Positions 44,536-55,497 of a DNA stretch of 64,000 nt are shown one piece after another; within the stretch, counting starts at the first letter, position 1; each line of letters begins with the position of its first letter. The DNA comes from an uncultured Pseudomonadota bacterium. Its GTDB lineage: Bacteria > Oederibacteriota > Muellerivitia > Muellerivitales > Muellerivitaceae. The stretch covers positions 327,794 through 391,793 of the forward strand of contig CAVYRH010000005.1 of NCBI GenBank assembly GCA_963770835.1, written 5' to 3'. The notes beneath the pieces are model-generated. The model worked only from the letters and a program-made list of their open reading frames with translations. It ran no database searches and was not told the DNA's origin. Position numbers and translations under genes: made by a program.

Positions 44536-46770
44536 TTGAAAATCATCGGTTTGTTTTTGGGGTTGGTATCCCTCTGCGCGGCCCTGCATGTCCTTTTTCC
44601 CAATATCCAAATGTTTTCCCCCGCGCAAATGCGGGAGGAGATCGAGTGGGGGGGCAAATTGGGCCAAGTGGTGGGGGACCGGATGGAAGCGGTCCTAACG
44701 CGCTTTGGCACCGTGGTCATCTGCCTGATGGTATTGGTGTTGGCCGCGTGGTTTTTGGAAAAGGAAGAACACCTGGTGAGGGCGGCTAAGGGGACCCTGG
44801 AAGGCTTTAGCCGGGGGGGAAAATGGTTCCAGGAACACGGTTTTGAGGCTTTCGCCCTTCTCCACGAGAAAGCCTTGGCCGCCTTTTCCGACTGGAAAAA
44901 CCGCAGGCAAGAAAAAAAAGTGGCCGACGAGGCAAGGCGGAAATTAAAAACCGGAACGGAAACCGTTAAATTCCCAACTCGAGAAGAGCCAGCTCCCCGG
45001 AAACCCAAACCCGCACCGATCGTGGCCACCGTGGAATTATCTTCCAAATCAGCCCTGCCGCAAAAGACCTCCGCCAAATCCAAGGGCTTTTTTACCGGGG
45101 AAGTGGAGCCCGAGGAACTTTCCCCTAACACTTTCCATCCCGCTGCGGATACAACGCCTGAAACCGAAGACGATGTTGTATCCGCGGCCATGGCTGAAGC
45201 CAAGGGACCCGATCCACTGACCCGCCGGCAAAAGATGGAAGCCGCCAGTATTGAGATTGCCGGGGAAGAAGAGGAAGCTGGGGAACCCGCCAAGCCCGTA
45301 CGCGTTATCCGCCAATGGCAGCTGCCGACCCCGCATATCCTCAAATCCGTGGAGGAATCCAAGGATTGGCCCACCGACGACTTTGAGGGGGTGAGCCGCA
45401 CCCTTAAGGAAAGTCTGACCAATTTCGGGGTGGACGCCAACGTGGTGGGGGTCAACCCCGGTCCGACCGTCACCCAATACGAAGTCCAACCCGCCGCCGG
45501 CGTGAAGATCACCCGCATCGCGTCCCTGGCGGACGATTTGGCCCTGGCCCTAAAATGCGGACATGTGCGCGTGGTGGCGCCTATTCCGGGCAAGGCCACC
45601 GTCGGCATTGAAGTTCCCAACGTCAAGGGGCGCATAGTCACTTTAAAGGAGCTTATTTCCCAGGAAAATTTTCTTTCCTCAAGCAAGAAGCTACTCGTGG
45701 CCCTGGGCAAGGACATCGCGGGCGACATCGTCTTGGCCCCCATCAGGGAACTGCCCCATGTCTTGATCGCCGGTTCCACGGGTTCGGGTAAGAGCGTTTG
45801 CGTGAACACCTTCATTGCCAGCCTCATCTTCAAATACAACCCTGAGGAACTCCGGATGGTGCTGATCGATCCCAAAAGGGTGGAAATGGCCATTTACCAG
45901 GGTTTGCCCCATTTGGCCCTACCGGTCGTCAACGACCCCAAGGAAGCCCACTTTGCCTTGAAATGGCTGGTGAGGGAAATGGAAGAACGCTATCAAGCGC
46001 TGGCTCACGCGGGCGCCCGGGATATCGACACCTACAACGCGAAAATTCTTCAAAAGCGAGCGGCGGGCGAAACAGACCAGTACCCGATGTATTACATCGT
46101 CGTGCTGGTGGACGAACTGGCGGACTTGATGATGGTCGCCAAGGACCAGGTGGAGGATTCCATCACCCGGCTAGCCCAGATGGCCCGGGCCGTTGGCATC
46201 CACCTGGTTCTGGCCACCCAGCGACCCAGCGTGGAAGTCATCACGGGAATCATCAAAGCCAACTTTCCCTCGCGCATCGCCTTCCAGGTTTTTTCCAAGG
46301 TGGATTCCCGAACCATTCTCGACATGAACGGCGCGGAAGCGCTTCTAGGGCGCGGCGACATGCTTTACCTGCCTTCGGGCGCCCCCAAACCCTTGCGGCT
46401 TCAGGGGGCCTATGTTACGTTGGAAGAAATCGAGCGGCTGGTGGATTTCTGGAAATCCCAGGGATCACCCCAATATTCGGCCGATTTAACCGCTTCCAAG
46501 TCCAAGGATGTTGTTACCGAGGATTCGGAGGACGAACTTTACGATGAGGCGGTGGAGATCGTTATGCGGGCCAAACAGGCCTCCACCTCCCTGCTCCAAC
46601 GGCGCCTGAAGGTTGGCTATGGCCGGGCGGCGCGGCTCCTGGATGACATGGAAGTGCGGGGAATCGTGGGTCCCGCCGACGGCAACAAACCCAGGAAGAT
46701 ACTCGCCCCCAGCGCGTCTAATCTTCCGATGGAAGACGATGAGGAAGCCCTTGATGAAAAAGTCGATTAA
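44536..46770 (+). CDS. ftsK: DNA translocase FtsK/SpoIIIE
   Basis: N-terminal TM helices, a Pro/Glu-rich linker, the motor domain with Walker A IAGSTGSGKSVCVN, and a C-terminal gamma-domain winged helix. Confidence 0.9.
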   Translation: MKIIGLFLGLVSLCAALHVLFPNIQMFSPAQMREEIEWGGKLGQVVGDRMEAVLTRFGTVVICLMVLVLAAWFLEKEEHLVRAAKGTLEGFSRGGKWFQEHGFEAFALLHEKALAAFSDWKNRRQEKKVADEARRKLKTGTETVKFPTREEPAPRKPKPAPIVATVELSSKSALPQKTSAKSKGFFTGEVEPEELSPNTFHPAADTTPETEDDVVSAAMAEAKGPDPLTRRQKMEAASIEIAGEEEEAGEPAKPVRVIRQWQLPTPHILKSVEESKDWPTDDFEGVSRTLKESLTNFGVDANVVGVNPGPTVTQYEVQPAAGVKITRIASLADDLALALKCGHVRVVAPIPGKATVGIEVPNVKGRIVTLKELISQENFLSSSKKLLVALGKDIAGDIVLAPIRELPHVLIAGSTGSGKSVCVNTFIASLIFKYNPEELRMVLIDPKRVEMAIYQGLPHLALPVVNDPKEAHFALKWLVREMEERYQALAHAGARDIDTYNAKILQKRAAGETDQYPMYYIVVLVDELADLMMVAKDQVEDSITRLAQMARAVGIHLVLATQRPSVEVITGIIKANFPSRIAFQVFSKVDSRTILDMNGAEALLGRGDMLYLPSGAPKPLRLQGAYVTLEEIERLVDFWKSQGSPQYSADLTASKSKDVVTEDSEDELYDEAVEIVMRAKQASTSLLQRRLKVGYGRAARLLDDMEVRGIVGPADGNKPRKILAPSASNLPMEDDEEALDEKVD

Positions 46771-47458
46771 ACCATTTCTTGGTCGTCAGTTCTCAGTCAT
46801 TAGCAAAGGCATCATCTTTGGTGTTTTTTCCTTGATGATAGCCTCAGGCGTTTGGGCTGATGCGGCGAAGGACTTGTCCGTCGACGAGGTTTCCAAAAAA
46901 GTGGAGGACGCCCAAGCTGTCGTCAAGGATGTCCAGATGGACTTAAGCATGGAAATGAAGGATTCCCTTTCGGGCACCCAACAAAAGGTGAAGGGCCAGA
47001 TCAAGATCAAGTCGCCGAATCTGGTTTATGTCCATTACACCCAGCCCACCGAACAATTCCTTTACGTAGCCGGGACCTCGGCGCAAATGTACCAACCGGC
47101 CCAAAAGATGGTTTACCAACAGCGCAATGGCAATGGAGCGCAAGCCGAGCCCGTCTACCTGGGAGTGGGTAAGGAATTAAAAAGGTATATTAGTATCAGC
47201 CGGGTTTCCATCATCAAGGACACCGAGAGTGAAATCGAACTGCTTTTTATCCCGGTGGTGGAAGACGCAGGTTTCGACAAGATGCGTGTTTCTATCCATA
47301 AAAAGGACTGGTGGCCCTACCAGATGGAAGTGGAAACGCCTTCCATGACCACCGAGGCCGTATTTTCCAATTTTTCCTTTAATCAGGGCCTGGCCGAAAG
47401 CCTCTTCCAATTCACCCCGCCCAAGAGCGCGCAGGTCGTGGAAGGAGCGGTTTTTTAA
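46754..47458 (+). CDS. lolA: LolA-like outer-membrane lipoprotein carrier protein
   Basis: Signal peptide then VKGQIKIKSPNLVYVHYTQPTEQFLYVAGTSAQMY, in the conserved ftsK-lolA arrangement. The start overlaps the ftsK stop; the ORF is open from 46613. Confidence 0.6.
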   Translation: MKKSIKPFLGRQFSVISKGIIFGVFSLMIASGVWADAAKDLSVDEVSKKVEDAQAVVKDVQMDLSMEMKDSLSGTQQKVKGQIKIKSPNLVYVHYTQPTEQFLYVAGTSAQMYQPAQKMVYQQRNGNGAQAEPVYLGVGKELKRYISISRVSIIKDTESEIELLFIPVVEDAGFDKMRVSIHKKDWWPYQMEVETPSMTTEAVFSNFSFNQGLAESLFQFTPPKSAQVVEGAVF

Positions 47459-48346
47459 ATGATCATCGGTACGGAATTAAAAGAAGCCCGGGAGTCCAAG
47501 AAGATATCCCTGGATACGGTTTCCAAACGGACCAAAATCCCCCCGAAATACCTGGAAGCCCTTGAGGAAAACCGGTTTGACATTTTCCCATCTCATACCT
47601 ATGCCAAGGGTTTCATCCGGGCCTACGCCAAAGTCGTAGGGTTGGATCCGGCAGTCCTGACCCGGCAATTCAACGTCGAGGTCCAGCCGGTGGAAATGCG
47701 CATCCAACCTAAAAATGCCGAAGCCGAATTGGAAAAAACCTTGGGTTGGCGGCCCACCCTGGACCGCCCGCCGGTCTTCCGTAAACATGACGAAGAACCC
47801 GACCTGAACTTGGAAATGGTGGAAGAGGAGGCGACCCAGCACAATCCATCGATCATACGCCGGAGGGACTTTGCCCTGCGGCGGGAGAAGTGGGCCCAGT
47901 GGAGCGGAAAGGCGGTTGTAACGCTTTTGGCCTTGGCACTGGTTGGAACGGTTGTGGTTTACGGCGTCAAATGGATTTCCAATATAAAATGGGGTGGAAC
48001 CAAGACTGAAGCCGTTTTGACGGACAACCCGGCTTATCAGCCGGTGGCGGTGGCAGATAAATACCAGCACCTCATTTTGAAAGGGTTGGACAAATCCTGG
48101 GTTCAAGTCACCATGGATGACGGCCAGTCCAGTTCCGAAGTGGACCTGGATCAGGGTGAAACCAAGACCTATAAAGCCCTCAAGAGTTTCAAGGTGAAAC
48201 TGGGGAATGCCGGGGGAGTGCAAATCCAATTCAACGGCAAGCCCTTGGGCATTTTGGGTGCCACTGGACAGGTTGTTGAAATTCAATTACCGCCCGGTTC
48301 GGGCGGATCCAGCGATACTTCCGATGGAGTCAATAACGGAACCTAA
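47459..48346 (+). CDS. rodZ: RodZ-like cytoskeleton protein (HTH_XRE + TM + DUF4115-like C-domain)
   Basis: ELKEARESKKISLDTVSKRTKIPPKYLEALEENRFDIFPSHTYAKGFIRAYAKVVGLD, one TM helix, and the C-terminal β-domain WVQVTMDDG...VKLGNAGGVQIQFNGKPL. Confidence 0.7.
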   Translation: MIIGTELKEARESKKISLDTVSKRTKIPPKYLEALEENRFDIFPSHTYAKGFIRAYAKVVGLDPAVLTRQFNVEVQPVEMRIQPKNAEAELEKTLGWRPTLDRPPVFRKHDEEPDLNLEMVEEEATQHNPSIIRRRDFALRREKWAQWSGKAVVTLLALALVGTVVVYGVKWISNIKWGGTKTEAVLTDNPAYQPVAVADKYQHLILKGLDKSWVQVTMDDGQSSSEVDLDQGETKTYKALKSFKVKLGNAGGVQIQFNGKPLGILGATGQVVEIQLPPGSGGSSDTSDGVNNGT

Positions 48347-48398
48347 ATCCCGTTCCTTTCCTTTGTGCTTAAAAGCGGTTTAAATTTAGGAGTTTTAA

Positions 48399-48899
48399 AT
48401 GGCGGACACCTATTCATTCGACGTGGTTTCGGACGTGGATCTGCAGGAAGTGGATAACGCGGTCAACCAGTCCATGAAAGAAATCTCCCAGCGTTATGAC
48501 TTTAAGGGGAGCATCAGCAAGGTCACCCTCAACAAGACCACCAAGGAACTGGAAATCGTTGCGGATAACGAATCCAGGCTCAACGCCGTGGTGGATATCC
48601 TCAAAGGAAAGTTCATCAAACGCAACATCTCCCCGAAAGCCCTGGATTTCCAAAAGATGGAGCCCGCCTTCAGTGGAACCGTGACCCAGAAGGTGAAGAT
48701 CATCAGTGGGATGCCTATGGAGGCCTGCAAGGACATCGTGAAGCGCATCAAGGATTCCAAACTCAAGGCACAAGTTTCCATTGTGGACGAGAAGGTGCGG
48801 GTTTCGGGCAAGTCCAAGGATGACCTCCAGGCGGTAATGCAGTTGCTGAGGTCGGCGACGGACATCAAGATTGCGCTTCAATTCAACAACTACCGTTGA
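48399..48899 (+). CDS. yajQ: YajQ-family (UPF0234) nucleotide-binding protein
   Basis: SFDVVSDVDLQEVDNAVNQSMKEISQRYDFKGS...IKDSKLKAQVSIVDEKVRVSGKSKDDLQAVMQLLR is colinear with E. coli YajQ. Confidence 0.85.
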   Translation: MADTYSFDVVSDVDLQEVDNAVNQSMKEISQRYDFKGSISKVTLNKTTKELEIVADNESRLNAVVDILKGKFIKRNISPKALDFQKMEPAFSGTVTQKVKIISGMPMEACKDIVKRIKDSKLKAQVSIVDEKVRVSGKSKDDLQAVMQLLRSATDIKIALQFNNYR

Positions 48900-49840
48900 A
48901 AAAGGCGGAAATGAAAAATATCAAAGCACCCTCCTCCGTCTTTGATGCCTATCCCTGGGTTTGGAAATCCTGTCTTACCCTTTGGCCCCTTTTCTTAGTC
49001 CAATTTCTTTTCTTGGTCCTCCAATACGCGACGTTTTTTTTGTGCCTAGCCGTGCTCTTTGGCCCCTTTATTACCCATAACATTGATCAAATCGCCGAAG
49101 GACTTAAACATCCCCAAGGCTATGATTGGACCCCCATTGTTTCCAACTGGGTTTCCACCGCCACCGACCCTACTTGGATTGCCATTGCGTTTGGGTTGGT
49201 GCTGCTCTACGTCACGTGGTGGTGCCTTCTTTCCGCGATGTCGGATGGAGGTGTTTTCAGGACGTTTTGGGACTACTTTGAGAACGGTAAGACTTTCGAC
49301 TGGGGTAATTTTTTTAAAAGCGCCTTCCATTGGATGATCCCCATGCTTTGGCTGCAGTTTTTCCTCTCGCTTTGGTTTTTAGGTGTATTTCTCGTTTGGC
49401 TGACACTCGTTGGCGTAGTCGCCGCGCTTCTGGCCTTAACCGGGGCAAGTGCTGGAGTAATTATTGTCGTTGCGGTTGTTTTGGGAATACCCTCCCTTCT
49501 TTTATGGATCCCATTTGGCATGGGGTTCACGGTTTTCAGTTTTTTGAGCAAGGCTTATCTGACGAAAGGTAGGACCGCCCAAGAAGCCATCCGCGAGGCC
49601 TTTCACAAATTCAAAGCCGATAACTGGCAAGTGGGCTTGGGACTTCTCGTGGCTTTTTTAATCTATGTGGGGGTAAGTGTTTTCTTGAGGATGGCATTGC
49701 AAGTCATGAGCATGATACCGATTTTGGGAGTCCTTTTTTCGCTCCTGGATATGGTCGTTGGTATCGGGTTGGTCATTCTGATGGTGATTTACCTCTCGGG
49801 CCTGTCGGTGGCCTACCTCCAGGATGAGGCCAAGGCTTGA
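48896..49840 (+). CDS. Hypothetical polytopic membrane protein
   Basis: 314 aa, 6-7 TM helices, no motif recognised. Its start overlaps the yajQ stop. Confidence 0.45.
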   Translation: MKKAEMKNIKAPSSVFDAYPWVWKSCLTLWPLFLVQFLFLVLQYATFFLCLAVLFGPFITHNIDQIAEGLKHPQGYDWTPIVSNWVSTATDPTWIAIAFGLVLLYVTWWCLLSAMSDGGVFRTFWDYFENGKTFDWGNFFKSAFHWMIPMLWLQFFLSLWFLGVFLVWLTLVGVVAALLALTGASAGVIIVVAVVLGIPSLLLWIPFGMGFTVFSFLSKAYLTKGRTAQEAIREAFHKFKADNWQVGLGLLVAFLIYVGVSVFLRMALQVMSMIPILGVLFSLLDMVVGIGLVILMVIYLSGLSVAYLQDEAKA

Positions 49841-50601
49841 ATTTTCAGTCCACGCGCGGATTCGTGCTGGCTTCCTTCCCCTACGCCGAAGCGGACAAGA
49901 TTGCCCAACTTTACACCCTGCAACTGGGCCGGGTAAAAGCCGTCGTCAAAGGCGCACGGAAACCCAAAAGTAAGCTGGCTTCGGCCTTGGATTTATTCAA
50001 CGAGTCCGGTTTTTCACTCCATAATGGGCGCTCGGGCGACCTGTTCATTCTTAGCCAAGCCAAAGTTCTTAATACTTATTCAGAGTTGAAAAAGGACTTC
50101 CCAAGCATCACCGCCCTTCAAATGCTGGCGGACATCCTGATTCAAACGATCCACGACTCGGAACCCCAGCCGGAAATTTATTCCCTGATCAAGAAAACTC
50201 TGGACGCACTGCGGGCCCAACCAGAACAGCCGGAGTTATTCTTGACGGCTTTTACCGTTAAATTGCTCGACCTTTCGGGTTATCCCCTCGAACTGGCCTT
50301 GTGCGCCGAATGTGGAACACCGCTGCAAAAAAAGAAGTCTTATCTTGTCCCCCATAGGGGAGGTGCGCTTTGCGAGGACTGTTGTCCCTCGGGGCCTGTC
50401 CGTCTCAAAGTTTCGGCCGCCGGCCTGGAGGTTTTAAAAAAAATCCGTAGTTTGCCTATGGAAAAAATCCACATCCTCAAATTAAAACCAGTTTTCCTCA
50501 GGGCGCTTTTCCGAACCCTCTTGGAATACCTGGAACGAACCATTGAAAAGCAGTTGAAGACAGTCGAATATTACCTGAAATTGGTACCTGTCGAACTATG
50601 A
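49837..50601 (+). CDS. recO: DNA repair protein RecO
   Basis: The N-terminal OB-fold RGFVLASFPYAEADKIAQLYT and the C-terminal zinc finger CAECG...CEDCC. TTG start. Confidence 0.8.
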   Translation: MNFQSTRGFVLASFPYAEADKIAQLYTLQLGRVKAVVKGARKPKSKLASALDLFNESGFSLHNGRSGDLFILSQAKVLNTYSELKKDFPSITALQMLADILIQTIHDSEPQPEIYSLIKKTLDALRAQPEQPELFLTAFTVKLLDLSGYPLELALCAECGTPLQKKKSYLVPHRGGALCEDCCPSGPVRLKVSAAGLEVLKKIRSLPMEKIHILKLKPVFLRALFRTLLEYLERTIEKQLKTVEYYLKLVPVEL

Positions 50602-51086
50602 TCATTGTGCTCATGGGAGTGATGGGGTCGGGCAAGACGACCATCGGTCGAAAGCTTGCTGAAGAGCTCGGCTTTCTTTTTTACGATGCAGATGATTTTC
50701 ATCCCCCGGCCAACAAAGAAAAGATGAATCGTGGTATTCCTTTGATGGATAAGGATCGGGCGCCCTGGCTTGGTATCCTCCGGGCTCAAATGGAAAAATG
50801 GAACAAGGAAGAGTCCAATGCGGTTTTGGCTTGCTCCGCCCTGAAACAAAAATACCGGGATTTTCTTTCGATGGGGCTTCGGGTTCAATGGGTTTACCTG
50901 AAGGGTGACCGGGAAATCCTGCGTCAAAGAATCGAAAAACGTACAGGCCACTTTGCCGGTTCACAATTGCTCGACAGCCAATTCGAGGCCCTGGAAGAAC
51001 CGAACGGCGCCCTCGTAGTTGACGTCCGGGAAGACCCTGATACGATTGTTCGCCGGATTTTCCAGCATTTGAAAAGAACGGATTAA
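50598..51086 (+). CDS. gntK: Gluconokinase (GntK / thermoresistant gluconokinase family)
   Basis: P-loop VLMGVMGSGKTTIG, FYDADDFHPPANKEKMNRGIPLMDKDRAPWL and ACSALKQKYRDFL are colinear with E. coli GntK. Confidence 0.8.
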   Translation: MIIVLMGVMGSGKTTIGRKLAEELGFLFYDADDFHPPANKEKMNRGIPLMDKDRAPWLGILRAQMEKWNKEESNAVLACSALKQKYRDFLSMGLRVQWVYLKGDREILRQRIEKRTGHFAGSQLLDSQFEALEEPNGALVVDVREDPDTIVRRIFQHLKRTD

Positions 51087-51384
51087 TATATGGGTAGTGG
51101 AAGGGGAGCACTTGCCATTTTCGCTGCCGTTTTATTGGTAGTCGTCCTGTGTTATCCGAGCCAAACGTTTTTCTTGCTGAATTTCGTTTGGGATATCATC
51201 CTTCGAAACCTCCAGCCGCTCTTTCAAGGTTTTCTTAGCTTTTTCAAACATATACTCCCTAATTGACGCCTGATTTTTCAAAAAAGCTTGATTTCATTGA
51301 ACTTCTGCCTATACTTGACTTTCTTTTCAACATTCAGCAGATTATAGAGGCAAAGGGTTTTTAGGGTTTTTTAGGGAGTTTTCG

Positions 51385-51903
51385 ATGAAATTTTCGTCCA
51401 CGGAAGAATACGGCTTAAGGTGCATGCTTCAAATGGCCAAGAAAGGCCATAAAGGTATGACCAACATCGTGGAATTGTCCCAGAAAGAGGATCTCACCAC
51501 GGCCTATGTCGCCAAAATCATGGGTACCTTGCGCAAGGGCGGATTGGTTCAAAGTATCCGGGGGCAAAGCGGAGGTTATCAACTAGCCCGGCCGCCCCAA
51601 GAGATCAACGTCAACGAGGTGTTGGAAGCTCTGGGAGGAAAATTCTTTTCCCGGGAGGAATACTGTCTGACGCCCTCCGGGGAGCACGAATGCTGTATCC
51701 ATTCCATGGATTGCGCCGTCCGGTCCCTCTGGACGGGACTCTCTATGACCATCACCAATTATTTGATGCGGTGCAAACTTTCCGACCTCGTGGCCACCGA
51801 GCCAGAAATGGAAAAATGGCTAAATCAAACCCACAAGCCGGCCCATCCTCCCCTTGCCGCAGCCCTTTCCGCGGAAACGCCCGTTGGGAAACAGGAGGCC
51901 TGA
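51385..51903 (+). CDS. Rrf2-family transcriptional regulator (IscR/SufR-like, three Cys)
   Basis: The Rrf2 w[65 protein letters not shown], and the Cys cluster C...CC...C. Immediately upstream of sufB. Confidence 0.8.
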   Translation: MKFSSTEEYGLRCMLQMAKKGHKGMTNIVELSQKEDLTTAYVAKIMGTLRKGGLVQSIRGQSGGYQLARPPQEINVNEVLEALGGKFFSREEYCLTPSGEHECCIHSMDCAVRSLWTGLSMTITNYLMRCKLSDLVATEPEMEKWLNQTHKPAHPPLAAALSAETPVGKQEA

Positions 51904-51904
51904 G

Positions 51905-53353
<1,449 letters not shown>

Positions 53354-53404
53354 AGGCCACTTGGCTACAGATGCGCACCGATAAGAATTTTGGAGAAATC
53401 AAAA

Positions 53405-54163
53405 ATGCTAGAAATTAAGAACCTAAAGGTTAGGGTTGAAGAAAAAGAAATCCTGAAGGGCGTGGATCTGACGATCGAGGCGGGCGAAGTACACGCCGTC
53501 ATGGGACCCAACGGATCAGGCAAAAGCACCCTGGCCCACGTATTGGCAGGCCGGGAAGGCTACGAAATTACTGGCGGGCAAGTCCTTTTCGAGGGGCATG
53601 ACCTGCTGGCCATGAAACCCGAGGATCGGGCGCGGGCGGGCATCTTCTTGGCCTTTCAATATCCTGTGGAAATTCCAGGCGTCAACAACACCTATTTCCT
53701 CAAGGCAGCTCTCAACGCGATTCGCAAGTCCCGGGGTGAGGAGGAACTGGACGCCATGGATTTCTTAGAACTGGTCAAGGAGAAGCTTAAACCCCTCAAG
53801 ATGGAAGAGTCCATGCTTCAAAGGGCGGTTAATGAAGGTTTCTCGGGCGGCGAGAAGAAAAAAAATGAAATCCTCCAGATGGCGGTCTTGGAACCCAAGA
53901 TGGCTATCCTGGACGAGACGGACTCGGGGCTGGACATTGACGCCCTCAAAGTGGTGGCCGACGGCGTGAACGCTTTGCGCCACAAAGACCGAGCCATCTT
54001 GGCGGTCACCCACTACCAACGCCTTTTGAATTATATCGTGCCGGACCAGGTCCATGTCCTGGTGAACGGTCGCATCGTGAAGACGGGCGGCAAGGAACTG
54101 GCCTTGGAACTGGAGGAAAAGGGCTATGGCTGGATTACGGGGGCCGAGAAGGTGAAGGCATGA
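53405..54163 (+). CDS. sufC: Fe-S cluster assembly ATPase SufC
   Basis: Walker A GPNGSGKSTL, the ABC signature FSGGEKKKNEILQ, and Walker B AILDETDSGLD. Confidence 0.9.
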   Translation: MLEIKNLKVRVEEKEILKGVDLTIEAGEVHAVMGPNGSGKSTLAHVLAGREGYEITGGQVLFEGHDLLAMKPEDRARAGIFLAFQYPVEIPGVNNTYFLKAALNAIRKSRGEEELDAMDFLELVKEKLKPLKMEESMLQRAVNEGFSGGEKKKNEILQMAVLEPKMAILDETDSGLDIDALKVVADGVNALRHKDRAILAVTHYQRLLNYIVPDQVHVLVNGRIVKTGGKELALELEEKGYGWITGAEKVKA

Positions 54164-55497
54164 CGGAAGCGGTTGAAATGAAGGAACTTTACATCTCTAA
54201 CTTTGGGAAATCGGGAATAACAACCGGTGGAAAGGACGCCGCTTGGCTGAAGGACCTTCGGGAGAAGGCCCTGACTTCCTTCAAACATACAGGCTTTCCG
54301 ACGACGAAGGATGAGGTTTGGCGGTACACCGATTTAAGTACCAGCCTTCTTAAAGTTTCGTTTGGGTTTGAGGCCGAAACGGCCACCCGGACGGTCGTAA
54401 TGGCCAAATTGAAATCCATGGGATTTGCCACTGAGAAGGCCCATGTGATGGTTTTCGTGAATGGGCGCTTTTCCGCAGAGCTGTCCTCCTTACAAACAAT
54501 GCCCAAAGGCATGACGCTTCAAAACTTAGCCGGAGCCTTGGCTGACGATTCTTTACGGCCGTTCCTGAACCATATTCACCCCTTCGAGGGCCGCGCCTTC
54601 ACGGCTTTAAACATGGCTTTTTTCAATGATGGCCTGTTTCTGAGGATTCCCAAGGCCCAAACCTCCGCCGAACCCATCCATGTGGTTTATTTGTCCACAA
54701 ACGCGGGAAAGAACACTCAGTCCCATTTGCGGAACCTGGTCTTAATGGAAGACGATAGCAAAGCCACCTTGATTGAACATTACCTGGGAGACGCTGTGAG
54801 CCCCTACTTGACCAACGTGGCAACAGAAGTTCAACTTTCCCGTGGGGCGGAATTGGAACACATCAAAATCCAAGAGGAAGAGGCAAAAGCCTACCACATT
54901 GGAACCCTGGCCGTCCGGCAGGAGGAGGGGAGCCGACTGGTCTCCCGCATTTTCTCCTTCGGCGGGTTGCTGGCCCGCAATGAGGTGGAGACTGTATTGG
55001 CGGACAAGAAGGCCGAGTGTTCCCTGGAAGGTCTTTTCCTGGTGAAAGGAAAGCAACATTCGGACAACCGCACCTTCATTGACCACATGTCACCTGCCTG
55101 CAAGAGCGAGGAGTTCTTCAAGGGCGTCCTGGACGATGAAGGAACGGGCATTATGGACGGCCATATCCTGGTCCGGGAAAACGCCCAGAAAACCGACGCC
55201 CGCCAGAGGGCCCATAACCTCCAGCTTTCCAATACCACCAAGGTTTACTCCAAGCCCCAGCTTCACATTTACGCCGACGACGTGAAGTGTTCCCACGGCT
55301 CGGCCACGGGACAGCTGGCGGAGGAGGCGTTTTTTTACCTGCAGTCGCGCGGTATCGGCCGTGAAGAAGCCAAAAGGATGCTGGTTTACGCTTTCGCGGG
55401 AGAGGTGCTGGAACGTGTCAAGGATGATTACGTGAAGGCCCCCTTAAGGCAAATGATCCAAGTTTGGATGGAAGGAGATAAAGGGAAGAGGCTATGA
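54160..55497 (+). CDS. sufD: Fe-S cluster assembly protein SufD
   Basis: SufBD-fold C-terminal β-helix region (…HIYADDVKCSHGSATGQL…). ATGA overlap with the sufC stop. Confidence 0.85.
   Translation: MTEAVEMKELYISNFGKSGITTGGKDAAWLKDLREKALTSFKHTGFPTTKDEVWRYTDLSTSLLKVSFGFEAETATRTVVMAKLKSMGFATEKAHVMVFVNGRFSAELSSLQTMPKGMTLQNLAGALADDSLRPFLNHIHPFEGRAFTALNMAFFNDGLFLRIPKAQTSAEPIHVVYLSTNAGKNTQSHLRNLVLMEDDSKATLIEHYLGDAVSPYLTNVATEVQLSRGAELEHIKIQEEEAKAYHIGTLAVRQEEGSRLVSRIFSFGGLLARNEVETVLADKKAECSLEGLFLVKGKQHSDNRTFIDHMSPACKSEEFFKGVLDDEGTGIMDGHILVRENAQKTDARQRAHNLQLSNTTKVYSKPQLHIYADDVKCSHGSATGQLAEEAFFYLQSRGIGREEAKRMLVYAFAGEVLERVKDDYVKAPLRQMIQVWMEGDKGKRL

Noticed and set aside
44439-45893. 484-aa minus-strand ORF
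   Set aside because: It lies entirely antisense to ftsK, whose protein has unmistakable Walker and gamma-domain motifs. The antisense translation is low-complexity and Ser/Ala/Arg/Thr-rich. This is a classic spurious ORF in a GC-rich gene.
51100-51384. Promoter or operator assignment for the Rrf2-suf operon (TTGATT…TATACT, TTGACT)
   Set aside because: Several overlapping weak -35/-10 combinations are possible in this AT-rich leader, and no clear palindromic Rrf2 box could be singled out by eye. Left unannotated.
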